A stretch of DNA of 64,000 bases from Christensenellaceae bacterium (lineage in GTDB: Bacteria; Bacillota; Clostridia; Christensenellales; Borkfalkiaceae), in the NCBI GenBank assembly GCA_045646405.1, contig JAZRKO010000001.1:15566-79565 (forward strand), in the 5' to 3' direction. Every line of letters begins with the position of its first letter. The stretch's first letter is position 1. A program made the translations under genes and the position numbers. Below are positions 8,544-18,542 of this stretch, one piece after another. The notes below the pieces were generated by a model. That model ran no database searches. It was not told the origin of the DNA and saw only the letters and a list, made by a program, of their open reading frames with translations.

Positions 8544-9941
8544 TTATAGGCGAATTTTCGATTCAATATAAGATTTTAACTCGCTAATAGGAAGTCTAAC
8601 TTGTTCCATAGTATCTCTATCGCGAACGGTAACGCACCCGTCAACTTCACTATCAAAGTCGTACGTTATGCAATACGGCGTACCGATTTCGTCTTCACGG
8701 CGATAGCGCTTGCCGATAGAGCCAGCCTCGTCGTAATCGACCATAAAGTATTTAGAAAGTTCGTTATAAACTTCCGTAGCCTTTTCGCCAAGTTTTTTAC
8801 TAAGCGGTAAAACCGCCGCCTTAAACGGTGCAAGGCAAGGATGTAATCTAAGTACCGTTCTTATATCGTTCTCGCCGACTTCTTCCTCGTCGTACGCGCC
8901 TGATAAAACTGCTAAAACGCATCTTTCAACGCCGAGTGACGGCTCAACCACGTAAGGAATATATCTTTCGTTAGTTTCAGCGTCAAAGTAAGATAAATCT
9001 TTCTTTGAAACGATTTGGTGTTGAGTAAGGTCGTAATCGGTTCTATCCGCTACGCCCCAAAGTTCGCCCCAACCAAAGGGGAATAAATACTCAAAGTCAG
9101 TAGTCGCTTTTGAGTAGAAACAAAGTTCTTCGGGCGAGTGGTCGCGTAGTCTTAAATGTTCTTCTTTCAAGCCGATATCGAGTAACCATTGACGGCAGAA
9201 CGAACGCCAGTAGTTAAACCATTCAAGGTCAGTACCGGGCTTGCAGAAGAATTCAAGTTCCATTTGTTCAAACTCTCTAACTCTAAAAATAAAGTTACCG
9301 GGGGTAATTTCGTTTCTAAACGACTTACCTATTTGAGCGATACCGAAAGGCACTTTCTTTCTTGCCGAACGCTGAACGTTTACGAAGTTAGTAAATATAC
9401 CTTGCGCCGTTTCAGGGCGGAGATATACGGTGTTTTTACTATCTTCCGTAACGCCTTGGAAGGTTTTGAACATTAAGTTGAATTGCCTAATGTCGGTAAA
9501 GTTGTGCTTACCGCAGGTTGGACAAGGAATATTATGTTCTTCAACGAAAGCCTTCATTTCTTCGTGAGAGAACGCGTCAATCCCCTTTTCTAAGGCGTAA
9601 TTATTTTCTTGCACCCAGTCTTCAATAAGTTTATCCGCTCTAAATCTTTCGTGGCATTCTTTACAGTCCATCAACGGGTCGGAAAAGCCTGCCAAGTGAC
9701 CAGACGCCACCCACGTTTGCGGGTTCATAAGTATAGCCGCGTCAAGCCCGACGTTTAGTTTATTTTCTTGAACGAATCTTTGCCACCAAGCCTTTTTAAC
9801 GTTGTTTTTAAGTTCAACGCCTAACGGGCCGTAGTCCCAAGTATTAGCAAGACCGCCGTAAATTTCGCTACCGGGGAAGATATAACCCCTAGTTTTGCAA
9901 AGATTTACGAGTTTTTCCATAGTAACTGCTCTTTTTTCCAC
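8544..9941 (-). CDS. glyQS: Glycine--tRNA ligase (single-chain class II)
   Basis: [24 protein letters not shown] and [25 protein letters not shown] are hallmark GlyQS motifs. Confidence 0.95.
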   Translation of the reverse strand: MEKRAVTMEKLVNLCKTRGYIFPGSEIYGGLANTWDYGPLGVELKNNVKKAWWQRFVQENKLNVGLDAAILMNPQTWVASGHLAGFSDPLMDCKECHERFRADKLIEDWVQENNYALEKGIDAFSHEEMKAFVEEHNIPCPTCGKHNFTDIRQFNLMFKTFQGVTEDSKNTVYLRPETAQGIFTNFVNVQRSARKKVPFGIAQIGKSFRNEITPGNFIFRVREFEQMELEFFCKPGTDLEWFNYWRSFCRQWLLDIGLKEEHLRLRDHSPEELCFYSKATTDFEYLFPFGWGELWGVADRTDYDLTQHQIVSKKDLSYFDAETNERYIPYVVEPSLGVERCVLAVLSGAYDEEEVGENDIRTVLRLHPCLAPFKAAVLPLSKKLGEKATEVYNELSKYFMVDYDEAGSIGKRYRREDEIGTPYCITYDFDSEVDGCVTVRDRDTMEQVRLPISELKSYIESKIRL

Positions 9942-10107
9942 GATAACACCTCGTTTTTGTTTTTTAATATTTTATTAAAAATAACGGTTAATGTCAAGTA
10001 ATTTCAATATACGCGCACATAAAATAAATATATACCTAAATATTTTATTGATATTTATAAAAATTTGTGTTAAAATAAATTAAAATCATTATCTTACGGG
10101 GCTTTTT

Positions 10108-11742
10108 ATGGAAAATTTTACCGAAAGCAAGAATTTTATAGAAGATATCATCACCGAAGAACTTGAAAAAGGCGTAGTAAACTCAGTTCACACTCGTTTC
10201 CCGCCCGAACCTAACGGATACCTTCACATAGGTCACGCTAAAAGTTTATGCTTAAACTTTGGCACGGCTAAGAAGTACGACGGGGTTTGTAACCTTTTCT
10301 TTGACGATACTAACCCTTCAAAAGAAAAAACCGAGTACGTTGACGCTATTAAGGAAGATATCAAGTGGCTTGGCTTTACTTGGTTTGAGATGCATTACGC
10401 GTCAGATTATTTTGACGTTATTTACGAACTTGCCGTTAAACTTATTAAAGACGGGAAGGCTTACGTTTGCGACCTTTCGGCAGAAGAAATTAAAAACACT
10501 CGCGGTACTTTAACCGAACCGGGTGTTGAAAGCCCTTATCGCAACCGCTCTATCGAAGAAAACCTAAAACTCTTTGAAGAGATGAAAAACGGCGTTTATA
10601 AAGACGGGGAGAAAGTTCTTCGCGCTAAGATTGATATGGCATCGCCAAATATCAACATGCGTGACCCCGTTATTTATAGAGTACTTCGCGCAACTCATCA
10701 CAGAACGGGCGACAAGTGGTGTATTTACCCTATGTACGACTACGCGCACCCGATATGCGACAGTATGCAGGGTGTAACCCACTCGCTTTGCACCTTAGAG
10801 TTTGAAGACCACCGCCCACTTTATAACTGGACGATTGAAAATACAGGGGTTTCGCACAAACCGCGCCAAATAGAGTTTGCAAGGCTTAATATTACAAATA
10901 CCGTAATGAGCAAGCGCTATCTTAAAAAACTCGTGGAAGACGGGGCTGTTGAAGGTTGGGACGACCCGCGTATGCCTACCCTTACGGGGCTTAGAAATCG
11001 CGGTGTTCCGGCGGAAGCGCTTAAAAACTTCTGCGAAGAAATAGGCGTTGCAAAGGCAAATAGCGAAATTGAAGTTAGTTATTTCGAGCATTTTATTAGA
11101 GATTACCTTAACAAAAACGCCGAAAGGGCTATGGCGGTAGAAAACCCGCTTAAAGTTACTATTTCTAACTACGAAGGCGTTGAAGACACGGAGTTTGACG
11201 TTAATCCTAGCGACGAAAATTCGCCTAAGCGAAGCGTTGTGTTTGGAAAGACTTTATATATCGAGCAAGACGATTTTTCGCTCAACCCCCCACCCAAGTA
11301 TTTCAGGCTTAAAAAAGACGGATACGTTAGGCTTAAAAACGCATACATTATAAAATGTGACGACGTTAAGTTAGACGAAAACGGCAACCCCGTAGAACTC
11401 ATTTGTTCGTATATCCCCGAAAGCCGTTCGGGTAGTGACACTAGCGGAATTAAGTGCAAAGGTACTATCCACTGGGTTAACGCAAAACTCGCGGTTGACG
11501 TTGAACTTAGAAAGTACGAATACCTTCTTAAAGACGCGGAATACCAAGGTCAAGACTTTAACGAGCGTATGAACTACGATAGCGTTCATAAATTTATCGG
11601 TAAAGCCGAGCCTTATATCGCGCTTTCAAAAGACGGTACGCCTTTCCAACTTTTAAGAAAGGGCTACTACAAAAAAATGGTTAAGGGCGATAAAATCGTT
11701 CTTTCCGAAATCGTTTCAATGAAGGACAGTTTCAAAAAATAA
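10108..11742 (+). CDS. glnS: Glutamine--tRNA ligase
   Basis: HIGH motif (PEPNGYLHIGHAKS), VMSKR (the KMSKS equivalent), and a length and C-terminal beta-barrel region typical of GlnRS. Confidence 0.93.
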   Translation: MENFTESKNFIEDIITEELEKGVVNSVHTRFPPEPNGYLHIGHAKSLCLNFGTAKKYDGVCNLFFDDTNPSKEKTEYVDAIKEDIKWLGFTWFEMHYASDYFDVIYELAVKLIKDGKAYVCDLSAEEIKNTRGTLTEPGVESPYRNRSIEENLKLFEEMKNGVYKDGEKVLRAKIDMASPNINMRDPVIYRVLRATHHRTGDKWCIYPMYDYAHPICDSMQGVTHSLCTLEFEDHRPLYNWTIENTGVSHKPRQIEFARLNITNTVMSKRYLKKLVEDGAVEGWDDPRMPTLTGLRNRGVPAEALKNFCEEIGVAKANSEIEVSYFEHFIRDYLNKNAERAMAVENPLKVTISNYEGVEDTEFDVNPSDENSPKRSVVFGKTLYIEQDDFSLNPPPKYFRLKKDGYVRLKNAYIIKCDDVKLDENGNPVELICSYIPESRSGSDTSGIKCKGTIHWVNAKLAVDVELRKYEYLLKDAEYQGQDFNERMNYDSVHKFIGKAEPYIALSKDGTPFQLLRKGYYKKMVKGDKIVLSEIVSMKDSFKK

Positions 11743-11763
11743 TAAACTACAAGGAATAGTGTT

Positions 11764-12375
11764 ATGTATTTTTTAGTTGATATTATAGCGATAGCGTTTA
11801 TAATTTTATTGTCGATACTCGGCTTAAAACTCGGTTTTTACAAATCGCTTATTGACGTCGTTTTAGTAATAGCCTTCTTCGCTGGTGCGGGGGTAGGCGC
11901 GTTCTTTACCGTGACTATGGCTGTTGAACCGTATCTCGGTTGGGCAACCGAACTTCAATCGGTAGTTTTAACGATACTCGGCAATAGCAAAATTCCAGAT
12001 ACGCAAGAATTTATCGTTTTAGCGTCGCACTGGATAAGTATCGGGCTATTAACTTTCTTATTGTTTATCGTGTACTTAATTATCCTTAACGTAGTTAGAA
12101 AGTTAATAGGTAAACTCTTTGGTTTTATAAACAAACTCGCTTTATTTGGGTTTATCGATAAACTCCTTGGGTTTGTTGTAAACTTAGCCGTATCGGTTGG
12201 CTTAGTTTTACTTTTAACGTCACTTATATACTGCCTTGCGCCTTACGGCATTTTAACCTACTCGCACGAAGTTCTACTTTCAAGTGAAGTTCTAAGTTTA
12301 ATTTACGAAACGAACCCCTTAAACGCTGTATTACAGCCGTTGTTTTCTCAAATACTATCCTTTTTACCCGTATAA
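11764..12375 (+). CDS. CvpA family membrane protein
   Basis: 203-aa protein with 4-5 TM segments. Its N-terminus (DIIAIAFIILLSILGLKLGF) is typical of the CvpA family. The call is weak. Confidence 0.55.
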   Translation: MYFLVDIIAIAFIILLSILGLKLGFYKSLIDVVLVIAFFAGAGVGAFFTVTMAVEPYLGWATELQSVVLTILGNSKIPDTQEFIVLASHWISIGLLTFLLFIVYLIILNVVRKLIGKLFGFINKLALFGFIDKLLGFVVNLAVSVGLVLLLTSLIYCLAPYGILTYSHEVLLSSEVLSLIYETNPLNAVLQPLFSQILSFLPV

Positions 12376-12385
12376 AACTACAAAT

Positions 12386-12412
12386 AAAAACTCCGCGGTT
12401 GCGGAGTTTTTT
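12386..12412. terminator. Rho-independent terminator
   Basis: aaaaactccgc-ggtt-gcggagtttttt. Confidence 0.75.
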
Positions 12413-12753
12413 AATGCTTAATAAATAAGTCGCTACACGAAATGTATATCGGTTGTTCGGGAATTTCTACCCTTTCTTTTATAAAAAACCAGTCGTAAAT
12501 TTTATTAAATAATTTCATATCGCACCCCCTTGTACGGTGCTATTATATTAAGTTAAATATGACAACATACTGTCATATTATAAAACTTTTTGTCGAAATT
12601 ATTTAATTTTTGGGTTTACAACTCGGTTTAAGGGCTTAGTTGCAAGTATATCGAGGTTTGTTAGGGATTGCGGACAGCACTAACCTTTTTGGTTGTGATG
12701 GTCGCAAAACCGTAGCAGTAACGAAGATAAACGTAGCAAATAACGGATTAAAA

Positions 12754-12951
12754 TTATTTGGACTTATAATATAAACGACAATGACAAAAACCTTCAAAAT
12801 CAGGGTCGGCAACTTGGTCACGAAATTCTTTGCACATACAAACGTTGTCTTCGGTTTTTTGGATACGGCAGGGGCAATATCCGTCTTTTCTCTTTAATCC
12901 GTCACGTATGGCGGAAACGATTTTTTCATCGGGGTTAAAAATAATTTTCAT
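12754..12951 (-). CDS. Ferredoxin-thioredoxin reductase catalytic-subunit-like small Cys-rich protein
   Basis: 65 aa with the Cys pattern CPCR...CMC...F...CHC, typical of the FTR beta chain fold. Confidence 0.65.
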   Translation of the reverse strand: MKIIFNPDEKIVSAIRDGLKRKDGYCPCRIQKTEDNVCMCKEFRDQVADPDFEGFCHCRLYYKSK

Positions 12952-12995
12952 ATTATCTCCTTGACTGATTTTTATAATAGTTATAAAATGATTAT

Positions 12996-13478
12996 ATGTC
13001 TAAAATCTTACTTAAAGTTTCAAGTGAACTTGATTTTCAAACGTATAAAGGCAATTACGACGGGGTATATTTTTCAAACCCCAAAGAGTATATTTGTTCT
13101 CACGATAAAGGCGAAACGTTTATAGACCTTTGCAGTCTTTCGCCAAGTGAAGGGCTTGAAGTTTCCCGCCTAGCGCCTAAAAACTCAACTTTCGTAGTTA
13201 ACGACGTTATGAAAGCAATTTTTATAAAAAGCGTAAACCCTAACGCTAAAATTTCTTATTATCTTGACGGATATAACGAAACGCTTATTCCTATTATAAA
13301 AGCGAACGGGTTTGACGTTAGCGTTAAATACACCGCACTAGCACCCGAAAGAATAGATAAGTTTCACGATTTCGGCGCAAAAGTTAACGGCAAGGAACTT
13401 TCTCGGCTTGACGAAGTTGGGGTGCTAAAATTTTGGAAAGTTGACTTCATTACGATTATTCCCCAAATTAAACCTTAA
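12996..13478 (+). CDS. Hypothetical protein
   Basis: 160-aa ORF. The C-terminus is only weakly GDPD-like and there is no firm motif. Its 3' end overlaps the convergent PPTase gene by 11 nt. Confidence 0.4.
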   Translation: MSKILLKVSSELDFQTYKGNYDGVYFSNPKEYICSHDKGETFIDLCSLSPSEGLEVSRLAPKNSTFVVNDVMKAIFIKSVNPNAKISYYLDGYNETLIPIIKANGFDVSVKYTALAPERIDKFHDFGAKVNGKELSRLDEVGVLKFWKVDFITIIPQIKP

Positions 13479-13980
13479 TAAACTCGGCGTTTTTACCGTA
13501 CACGGATAGGTAAAACGCCTTTTTTTCTACCAAAAATTCGGTGGAAAAGCCTATAAATTCACTCTCAACGCCCTTTCTTAGCGCCGAGTAGTTTTTGGCT
13601 TTAATAACGCATTCGCGCTGAGTCCACTTTTTATAAAAATCGGGCGAATTATTAACGCCTATAAACTCAGCGGTGTTTTTTGGAAGAGTTTCTTTTACAA
13701 GTTCGATATCGATAGCGGTTAAAGTGGTTTTTGAAAAGCAAACGGCAACTACGCCGTTACTGTGCGATAGGGAAATATATCCGTTATCAATAACGGGTTT
13801 ACCGCTTTTTCCAAATGAAACTTTACCCAACTCCTCACCAAACGTTTCTTGATATTTTTGGGCAAGTAAACCCCACGCCAAAGCGCTTTCTTGGGTTTTG
13901 CAATGGTTATTTATATCCCCTTTCAAAACGGGCGTAAAATCGCCGATTTTGGCGGTTGAGTAATACACTTTATTTGTCAT
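13468..13980 (-). CDS. 4'-phosphopantetheinyl transferase family protein
   Basis: ISLSHSNGVVAV...AIDIELV and WTQRECVIKA match the PPTase motifs (SxSHS, GxDxE, W..KEa..K). Confidence 0.7.
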   Translation of the reverse strand: MTNKVYYSTAKIGDFTPVLKGDINNHCKTQESALAWGLLAQKYQETFGEELGKVSFGKSGKPVIDNGYISLSHSNGVVAVCFSKTTLTAIDIELVKETLPKNTAEFIGVNNSPDFYKKWTQRECVIKAKNYSALRKGVESEFIGFSTEFLVEKKAFYLSVYGKNAEFIKV

Positions 13981-16165
13981 TTTTATATATCCTTAAAGCG
14001 TTGGTTACTACGAACACGCTACTTAAACTCATCGCAAGCGACGCTATCATCGGGTTTAGTAAAATTCCCGCAAAGTACAGTACGCCCGATGCAAGCGGAA
14101 TACCTAAAACGTTGTATATAAACGCCCAAAATAAGTTTTGCTTTATAATTTTGCCCGCTTTTTTACCCGTTTTGACGGCTTTTATAGCCGAGCGAAGGTC
14201 GTTTGACAAAAGTATAACGTCCGCCGAACTCACGGCAATATCCGTGCCTGACGACATTGCAATAGAAACGTCTGCCACCGAAAGCGCGGGGCTGTCGTTA
14301 ACCCCGTCGCCGATAAACATAACCTTTCCGCGCTCTTTATACTTTTTAACTATTTCCGCCTTTTCTTCGGGAAGAACGCCACCGTAAACCTCGTCAGCAC
14401 CAACTTCAAATTTAACGCGATTTGAAACTCTTTCGTCGTCACCTGACAATATTACCGTTAAAATACCGTGGTTTTTCATATCGTTAACCGCCTCGTAAGA
14501 CGTTTCCTTTATCATATCGTAAACTTCTAAAAAACCTATAACAACGCCGTTTTTAGCAACGAAAAGAACGCTTTTACCGTCGCTAAGTGAACTGCCTGCT
14601 AAACTTTTAAGTTGTTCGTTTATCGGGTAAAGCGCAGTAAAACTACTATTTCCTATAACGTAACTATTTCCGTTAACCGTACCCTTTACGCCCTTTCCCG
14701 TAACGGACAAATAGTCCTTAACTTCCAAGTCGCAAGGCGTAGCGTACTCGCAAACGGCAGTTGCTAAGGGGTGAGAACTCAGTTTTTCAACTGCGGAAAT
14801 TTCTTGAAGTTCTTCGCTAGATATTCCAACCACTTTACCAACCTTGACTTTGCCTTGGGTAATAGTGCCAGTTTTATCCATTATTATAATAGACGTTTGA
14901 CCTATTCTTTCAAGCACGTCTGCATTTTTAATTAAAGCGCCGAAAGACGCGCACTTTCCTGTCGCCACCGTAACGGCAACGGGGGTTGCAAGCCCTAGCG
15001 CGCACGGGCATGATATAACTAAAACGGATATCGCCCTTGAAAAGGCAAAGTCAAAAGGCTTTCCTATAATAAGCCAAACTATAAGCGTAACTATTGCAAT
15101 TAAAGTTACCACCGGAACGAATATTCCGCTAATTTTATCGGCTAAACGTTGAACGGGCGCTTTTGACGATTCGGCGCTCAAAACGTAGTCTATAATCTTA
15201 GAAAACACCGTATCTTCGCCGAGCGCTGTTACCTTCGCCGTCATATACCCACTTTCACACACGGTAGCCGTTTTTATAAGCGAGCCTATTTCCTTGTAAA
15301 CGGGCATACTCTCGCCGGTTAAAGCCGACTCGCTCATATCCCCTTCGCCTGAAATAACGACCGCGTCAGCCGGGGCGCTTAAACCCTCTTTTATAACTAT
15401 AATATCGCCAAGTTTTAACTCGAAAACTTTTATGGTTAACTCAACGCCGTCACGAATTACGATAGCCTCGTTCGGCGCTAAACTTTTAAGTTTTTCTACC
15501 GCGCTTTCAGTCTTTTTTTTCGAGCGTTCTTCAAGCATTTTGCCTACCGTAACTAGCGTAAGTATCATTGCCGAACTTTCAAAATAAAGGTTTTTAAGAT
15601 AATTATTTACTAGCGCGCTATCGCCGTTAGCCTTTCCAACTATTATCATAATGAAGGCGAAAACTCCAAACAAATAACTAGCGCCTGAGCCTAGTGCAAC
15701 GAGCGTATCCATATTAGGGCTAAGATGAATAACCGCCTTATAGCCCCCTATAAAGAACTTTTTGTTTATTATTACAACCGCGGTTGTTATTAGTAGTTGT
15801 AAAAGCACGAACCATACCGCACCGCCTTCGCCTTTTAGAAATTCAAAAGTAGGTAGCCCTATCATACCACCCATTGAAAAATACATTAAAATAACTAGTA
15901 GTATAACTGACGGTATTAGCCTTTTTCTTAAAACGGCGTTCCCGTCGTTTAGGTCGCTGTCGCCACTATATTCTTTTGCCTTAAAGCCCGCGTCTTTTAC
16001 CGCTTTTATAACGCTTGCATTTGAAAATTCACCTTCAACCACCATTAGTTTTTGAGTGAGTGAAACGGTTGCACTCGTTACGCCCTCAACCTTATTAACC
16101 GCGCGCTCTACTGCGCTTGAACACGCCGTGCACGACATTCCTAATACCGTAAATTTAACTTTCAT
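13970..16165 (-). CDS. copA: Copper-translocating P1B-type ATPase
   Basis: N-terminal HMA domain with GMSCTACSSAVE, the CPC motif (SCPCALGLATP), the DKTGTIT phosphorylation site and GDGVNDSPAL. Confidence 0.92.
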   Translation of the reverse strand: MKVKFTVLGMSCTACSSAVERAVNKVEGVTSATVSLTQKLMVVEGEFSNASVIKAVKDAGFKAKEYSGDSDLNDGNAVLRKRLIPSVILLVILMYFSMGGMIGLPTFEFLKGEGGAVWFVLLQLLITTAVVIINKKFFIGGYKAVIHLSPNMDTLVALGSGASYLFGVFAFIMIIVGKANGDSALVNNYLKNLYFESSAMILTLVTVGKMLEERSKKKTESAVEKLKSLAPNEAIVIRDGVELTIKVFELKLGDIIVIKEGLSAPADAVVISGEGDMSESALTGESMPVYKEIGSLIKTATVCESGYMTAKVTALGEDTVFSKIIDYVLSAESSKAPVQRLADKISGIFVPVVTLIAIVTLIVWLIIGKPFDFAFSRAISVLVISCPCALGLATPVAVTVATGKCASFGALIKNADVLERIGQTSIIIMDKTGTITQGKVKVGKVVGISSEELQEISAVEKLSSHPLATAVCEYATPCDLEVKDYLSVTGKGVKGTVNGNSYVIGNSSFTALYPINEQLKSLAGSSLSDGKSVLFVAKNGVVIGFLEVYDMIKETSYEAVNDMKNHGILTVILSGDDERVSNRVKFEVGADEVYGGVLPEEKAEIVKKYKERGKVMFIGDGVNDSPALSVADVSIAMSSGTDIAVSSADVILLSNDLRSAIKAVKTGKKAGKIIKQNLFWAFIYNVLGIPLASGVLYFAGILLNPMIASLAMSLSSVFVVTNALRIYKNDK

Positions 16166-16191
16166 AGTATATATATTTTACCACAACCGTT

Positions 16192-16203
16192 TTGCATATG
16201 CAA
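16192..16203. promoter_or_regulatory. Perfect 12-bp palindrome TTGCATATGCAA upstream of copA (operator candidate)
   Basis: Seen directly, about 27-38 nt upstream of the copA start. No cognate regulator gene is present in the window. Confidence 0.25.
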
Positions 16204-16291
16204 TATTTTTTAAGCAATTGTTAGCCGTTGATAACAAAACAAAATTCCGCCGTTATCTCTCTTCCTTTAGGGATTGAAGTGAATAATTTAT

Positions 16292-16325
16292 AAAACTCGA
16301 CTTCTTGCAAGTCGAGTTTTCTTTT
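16292..16325. terminator. Orphan terminator-like hairpin at the left edge of the R-M islet
   Basis: aaaactcgactt-cttgc-aagtcgagtttt followed by ctttt. No gene ends next to it. Confidence 0.5.
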
Positions 16326-16341
16326 ATACACGTAAAACTAA

Positions 16342-16370
16342 TTGAAAAAAACATAAAACTATGTTATAAT
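16342..16370 (+). promoter_or_regulatory. Sigma-70-type promoter for the restriction gene
   Basis: TTGAAA, a 17-nt spacer, then TATAAT, lying 28 nt upstream of the AGGAAA RBS and ATG at 16398. Confidence 0.5.
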
Positions 16371-16397
16371 AAATAAAAGTTTTTTTTAGGAAATAGT

Positions 16398-17546
16398 ATG
16401 TTTTACGATTTACAACCCGAAGAACAAAAACAACAGTATAAACAAATGCTCGGAATAATAGGTAAATTAACACGTTTATTCTCGGATAATGCGTGTCCTT
16501 ATTTGCCATATAGAGTTCAAGAAAACGTGTTTTGCAAGTATTTTAACGCTGAGAATTTATCTCGCAGCGATTGTTCCGCTGACGCTAAAAAAGGTAGAAT
16601 AGGCGTTGGATTAAAAACTTGGATGGGAAACAACGACCAAAAAGTAGCAGAGTTTGATAGTTTAAGAGAAAAGTTAAGTCCGTTAACAGGTTTAGATTTA
16701 GCAAAAAAAGTTTCGGAATTTAGAAATGAGCGTATCCGTATTACAAAAAATTTACATGGCATAGATGAGCTTATATATCATATAGTTAAACGTATCCCAA
16801 ACACTATGCAAATTCTTGAACACGTATTTGAGCCTGTTGATATTGAGAATATAACTTTACTTCCCGAGCGTGGCAACATAAATAATACATATTTTACCGA
16901 CGGAAAGCACGTTTACCATTTCAGTATGTCAAAACACACCCTTTATATGATTTTTGATGATATGATTTTGTTAGACTCTTTAACCGTAGATATTCTTGAC
17001 GACCCTTATACTTATTTAATGGGTTTAGCGGATAATATTCCTCAAGGTATTACAACAGCAGCAGTTGAATTTGATACAACAAATAAGGCTTGCTTACGTT
17101 TATATTCCACAAAACCTAATGGTACAAAGTTTGTTGCACAAAAAAGTGGCTTAAATCAATGGAACGCAGGCGGTAGAAAGAGAGATATGAATGAAATATA
17201 TATTCCGTTCCCTGCTGAAGATAGAGAAAGATTTGCGGGCTTTTTCCCTAATCGTGACCAACCTTTTGAATTATTACTACCTGACGGCACTTTAATTTCA
17301 GCAAAGGTATGTCAACAAGATAACAAAGCCATAATGAGTAATCCAAACAAAGTTTTAGGCGAGTGGTTATTACGCAAAGTATTTGAATTGCCCGAAAAAA
17401 CACTTTTAACTTATGAAATGCTTGAAGTATTTGGCATAGATTGTGTTGTATTTACAAAACTTGGCGATTTAAGATATTCGGTAGATTTTGCCGAGTTGGG
17501 AACTTATGAAAAATTGACTAAAAACGAAACAGCAGAAGAAGAATAA
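16398..17546 (+). CDS. Putative type II restriction endonuclease (C-terminal B3-like DNA-binding domain)
   Basis: Convergent partner of an m5C methyltransferase. The N-terminal half has a possible PD-(D/E)xK-like stretch (SADAKKGRIGVGLKTW). The C-terminal KSGLNQWNAGGRKRDMNEIYIPFP...LLLPDG...AKVCQ recalls, from memory, the B3-like pseudobarrel of NgoFVII/BfiI-type enzymes. Confidence 0.55.
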   Translation: MFYDLQPEEQKQQYKQMLGIIGKLTRLFSDNACPYLPYRVQENVFCKYFNAENLSRSDCSADAKKGRIGVGLKTWMGNNDQKVAEFDSLREKLSPLTGLDLAKKVSEFRNERIRITKNLHGIDELIYHIVKRIPNTMQILEHVFEPVDIENITLLPERGNINNTYFTDGKHVYHFSMSKHTLYMIFDDMILLDSLTVDILDDPYTYLMGLADNIPQGITTAAVEFDTTNKACLRLYSTKPNGTKFVAQKSGLNQWNAGGRKRDMNEIYIPFPAEDRERFAGFFPNRDQPFELLLPDGTLISAKVCQQDNKAIMSNPNKVLGEWLLRKVFELPEKTLLTYEMLEVFGIDCVVFTKLGDLRYSVDFAELGTYEKLTKNETAEEE

Positions 17547-17551
17547 CAAAT

Positions 17552-17578
17552 AAAGGTGCATCAATTTGATGCACCTTT
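17552..17578. terminator. Bidirectional terminator between the convergent R and M genes
   Basis: aaaggtgcatca-att-tgatgcaccttt. Confidence 0.75.
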
Positions 17579-17582
17579 AACT

Positions 17583-18542
17583 TTATTGTATTGCATTTTT
17601 TATTTCTTCGGCTATTCTATGAATAACGCTTACCACAACGGAATTTCCTGCTTGTTTATATAACGCACCATTGCAAAGATTGTAAGGTAAAATAAAGTCT
17701 CTTGGAAAGCCTTGTAGATTAAAGCACTCTCTTGGTGTTAATTTTCTAATTTCGCCATTATACATCCTAATTAAAGGAACATTATGTCCACCTGTTCCCA
17801 TATTTGCAGTTAAGGTAGGACACATTTTGCTTTTATTTTCTCTTACGTAAACCCTACGCCATTGATAGCAAGTGTCAGATTTTGTAATACCTGCTACAAG
17901 TTTATTATAGAAATCACATTTTTCAGTATAATAGTATCTATCGTCTTGCTTGTTTTCAAAGTCTATCAAGTCAGCAAGTGTTTTTTCTAATTTAATAGGC
18001 TTTAAGTGTTCAAAATTCTTATAATGTTCCTTGTCTCTAAAGCAAATAATATAAATTCTTTCTCGTGTTTGTGGGATATTACCATAATTGCAAGCATTTA
18101 AAACAAAAGATTTTATATAATAGCCTAATTTTTCTAATGTATCACTAATTACAGCAAAAGTGTTGCCATTATCGTGTGAAACAAGGTTTTTAACGTTTTC
18201 AAGAAAAACTACTTGTGGTTTCTTTTCTTCAATTATACGAGTGAGTTCAAAGAACAAATTACCACGACCTTTTTCATCATTAAAACCTTGTCTATATCCT
18301 GCAACTGAAAAGGCTTGACAAGGGAACCCTGCAAGCATAATATCAAAATCAGGTATGTCCTTTTTTTCGTCTATATCACGAATATCACTTAAAGAAAATT
18401 GAACGTTTGGAAAATTTGCTTTATAGGTAATAGAAGCATTTAAGTCAAATTCATTAGCAAAAATTGTTTCAAATCCTGCCAACTCAAATCCTTTGTCTAT
18501 GCCGCCAACACCTGCAAAAAATGAAGCACATTTTAATTTCAT
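17583..18542 (-). CDS. DNA (cytosine-5)-methyltransferase
   Basis: Motif I FFAGVGG, IV FPCQAFS, VI LENVKNL, VIII QTRERIYI and X AGNSVVVSV. The likely true start is the internal MKLKCASFF ATG, because the 28-codon TTG extension in the ORF track covers the promoter. Confidence 0.9.
   Translation of the reverse strand: MKLKCASFFAGVGGIDKGFELAGFETIFANEFDLNASITYKANFPNVQFSLSDIRDIDEKKDIPDFDIMLAGFPCQAFSVAGYRQGFNDEKGRGNLFFELTRIIEEKKPQVVFLENVKNLVSHDNGNTFAVISDTLEKLGYYIKSFVLNACNYGNIPQTRERIYIICFRDKEHYKNFEHLKPIKLEKTLADLIDFENKQDDRYYYTEKCDFYNKLVAGITKSDTCYQWRRVYVRENKSKMCPTLTANMGTGGHNVPLIRMYNGEIRKLTPRECFNLQGFPRDFILPYNLCNGALYKQAGNSVVVSVIHRIAEEIKNAIQ

Noticed and set aside
9942-10107. Possible T-box leaders for the divergent glyQS and glnS genes.
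   Set aside because: The shared intergenic region is only about 165 nt and very AT-rich. It has no GGTGG/ACC T-box sequence and no terminator hairpin.
13956-16277. Plus-strand ORFs (143, 97 and 73 aa) overlapping copA.
   Set aside because: They are antisense to a strongly supported P-type ATPase gene. Their products are low-complexity and they lack RBS or promoter context.
16324-16509. 61-aa minus-strand ORF spanning the restriction-gene promoter and start.
   Set aside because: It overlaps a consensus promoter, the RBS and the 5' end of the plus-strand gene. Its product is an AT-rich-derived hydrophobic sequence.
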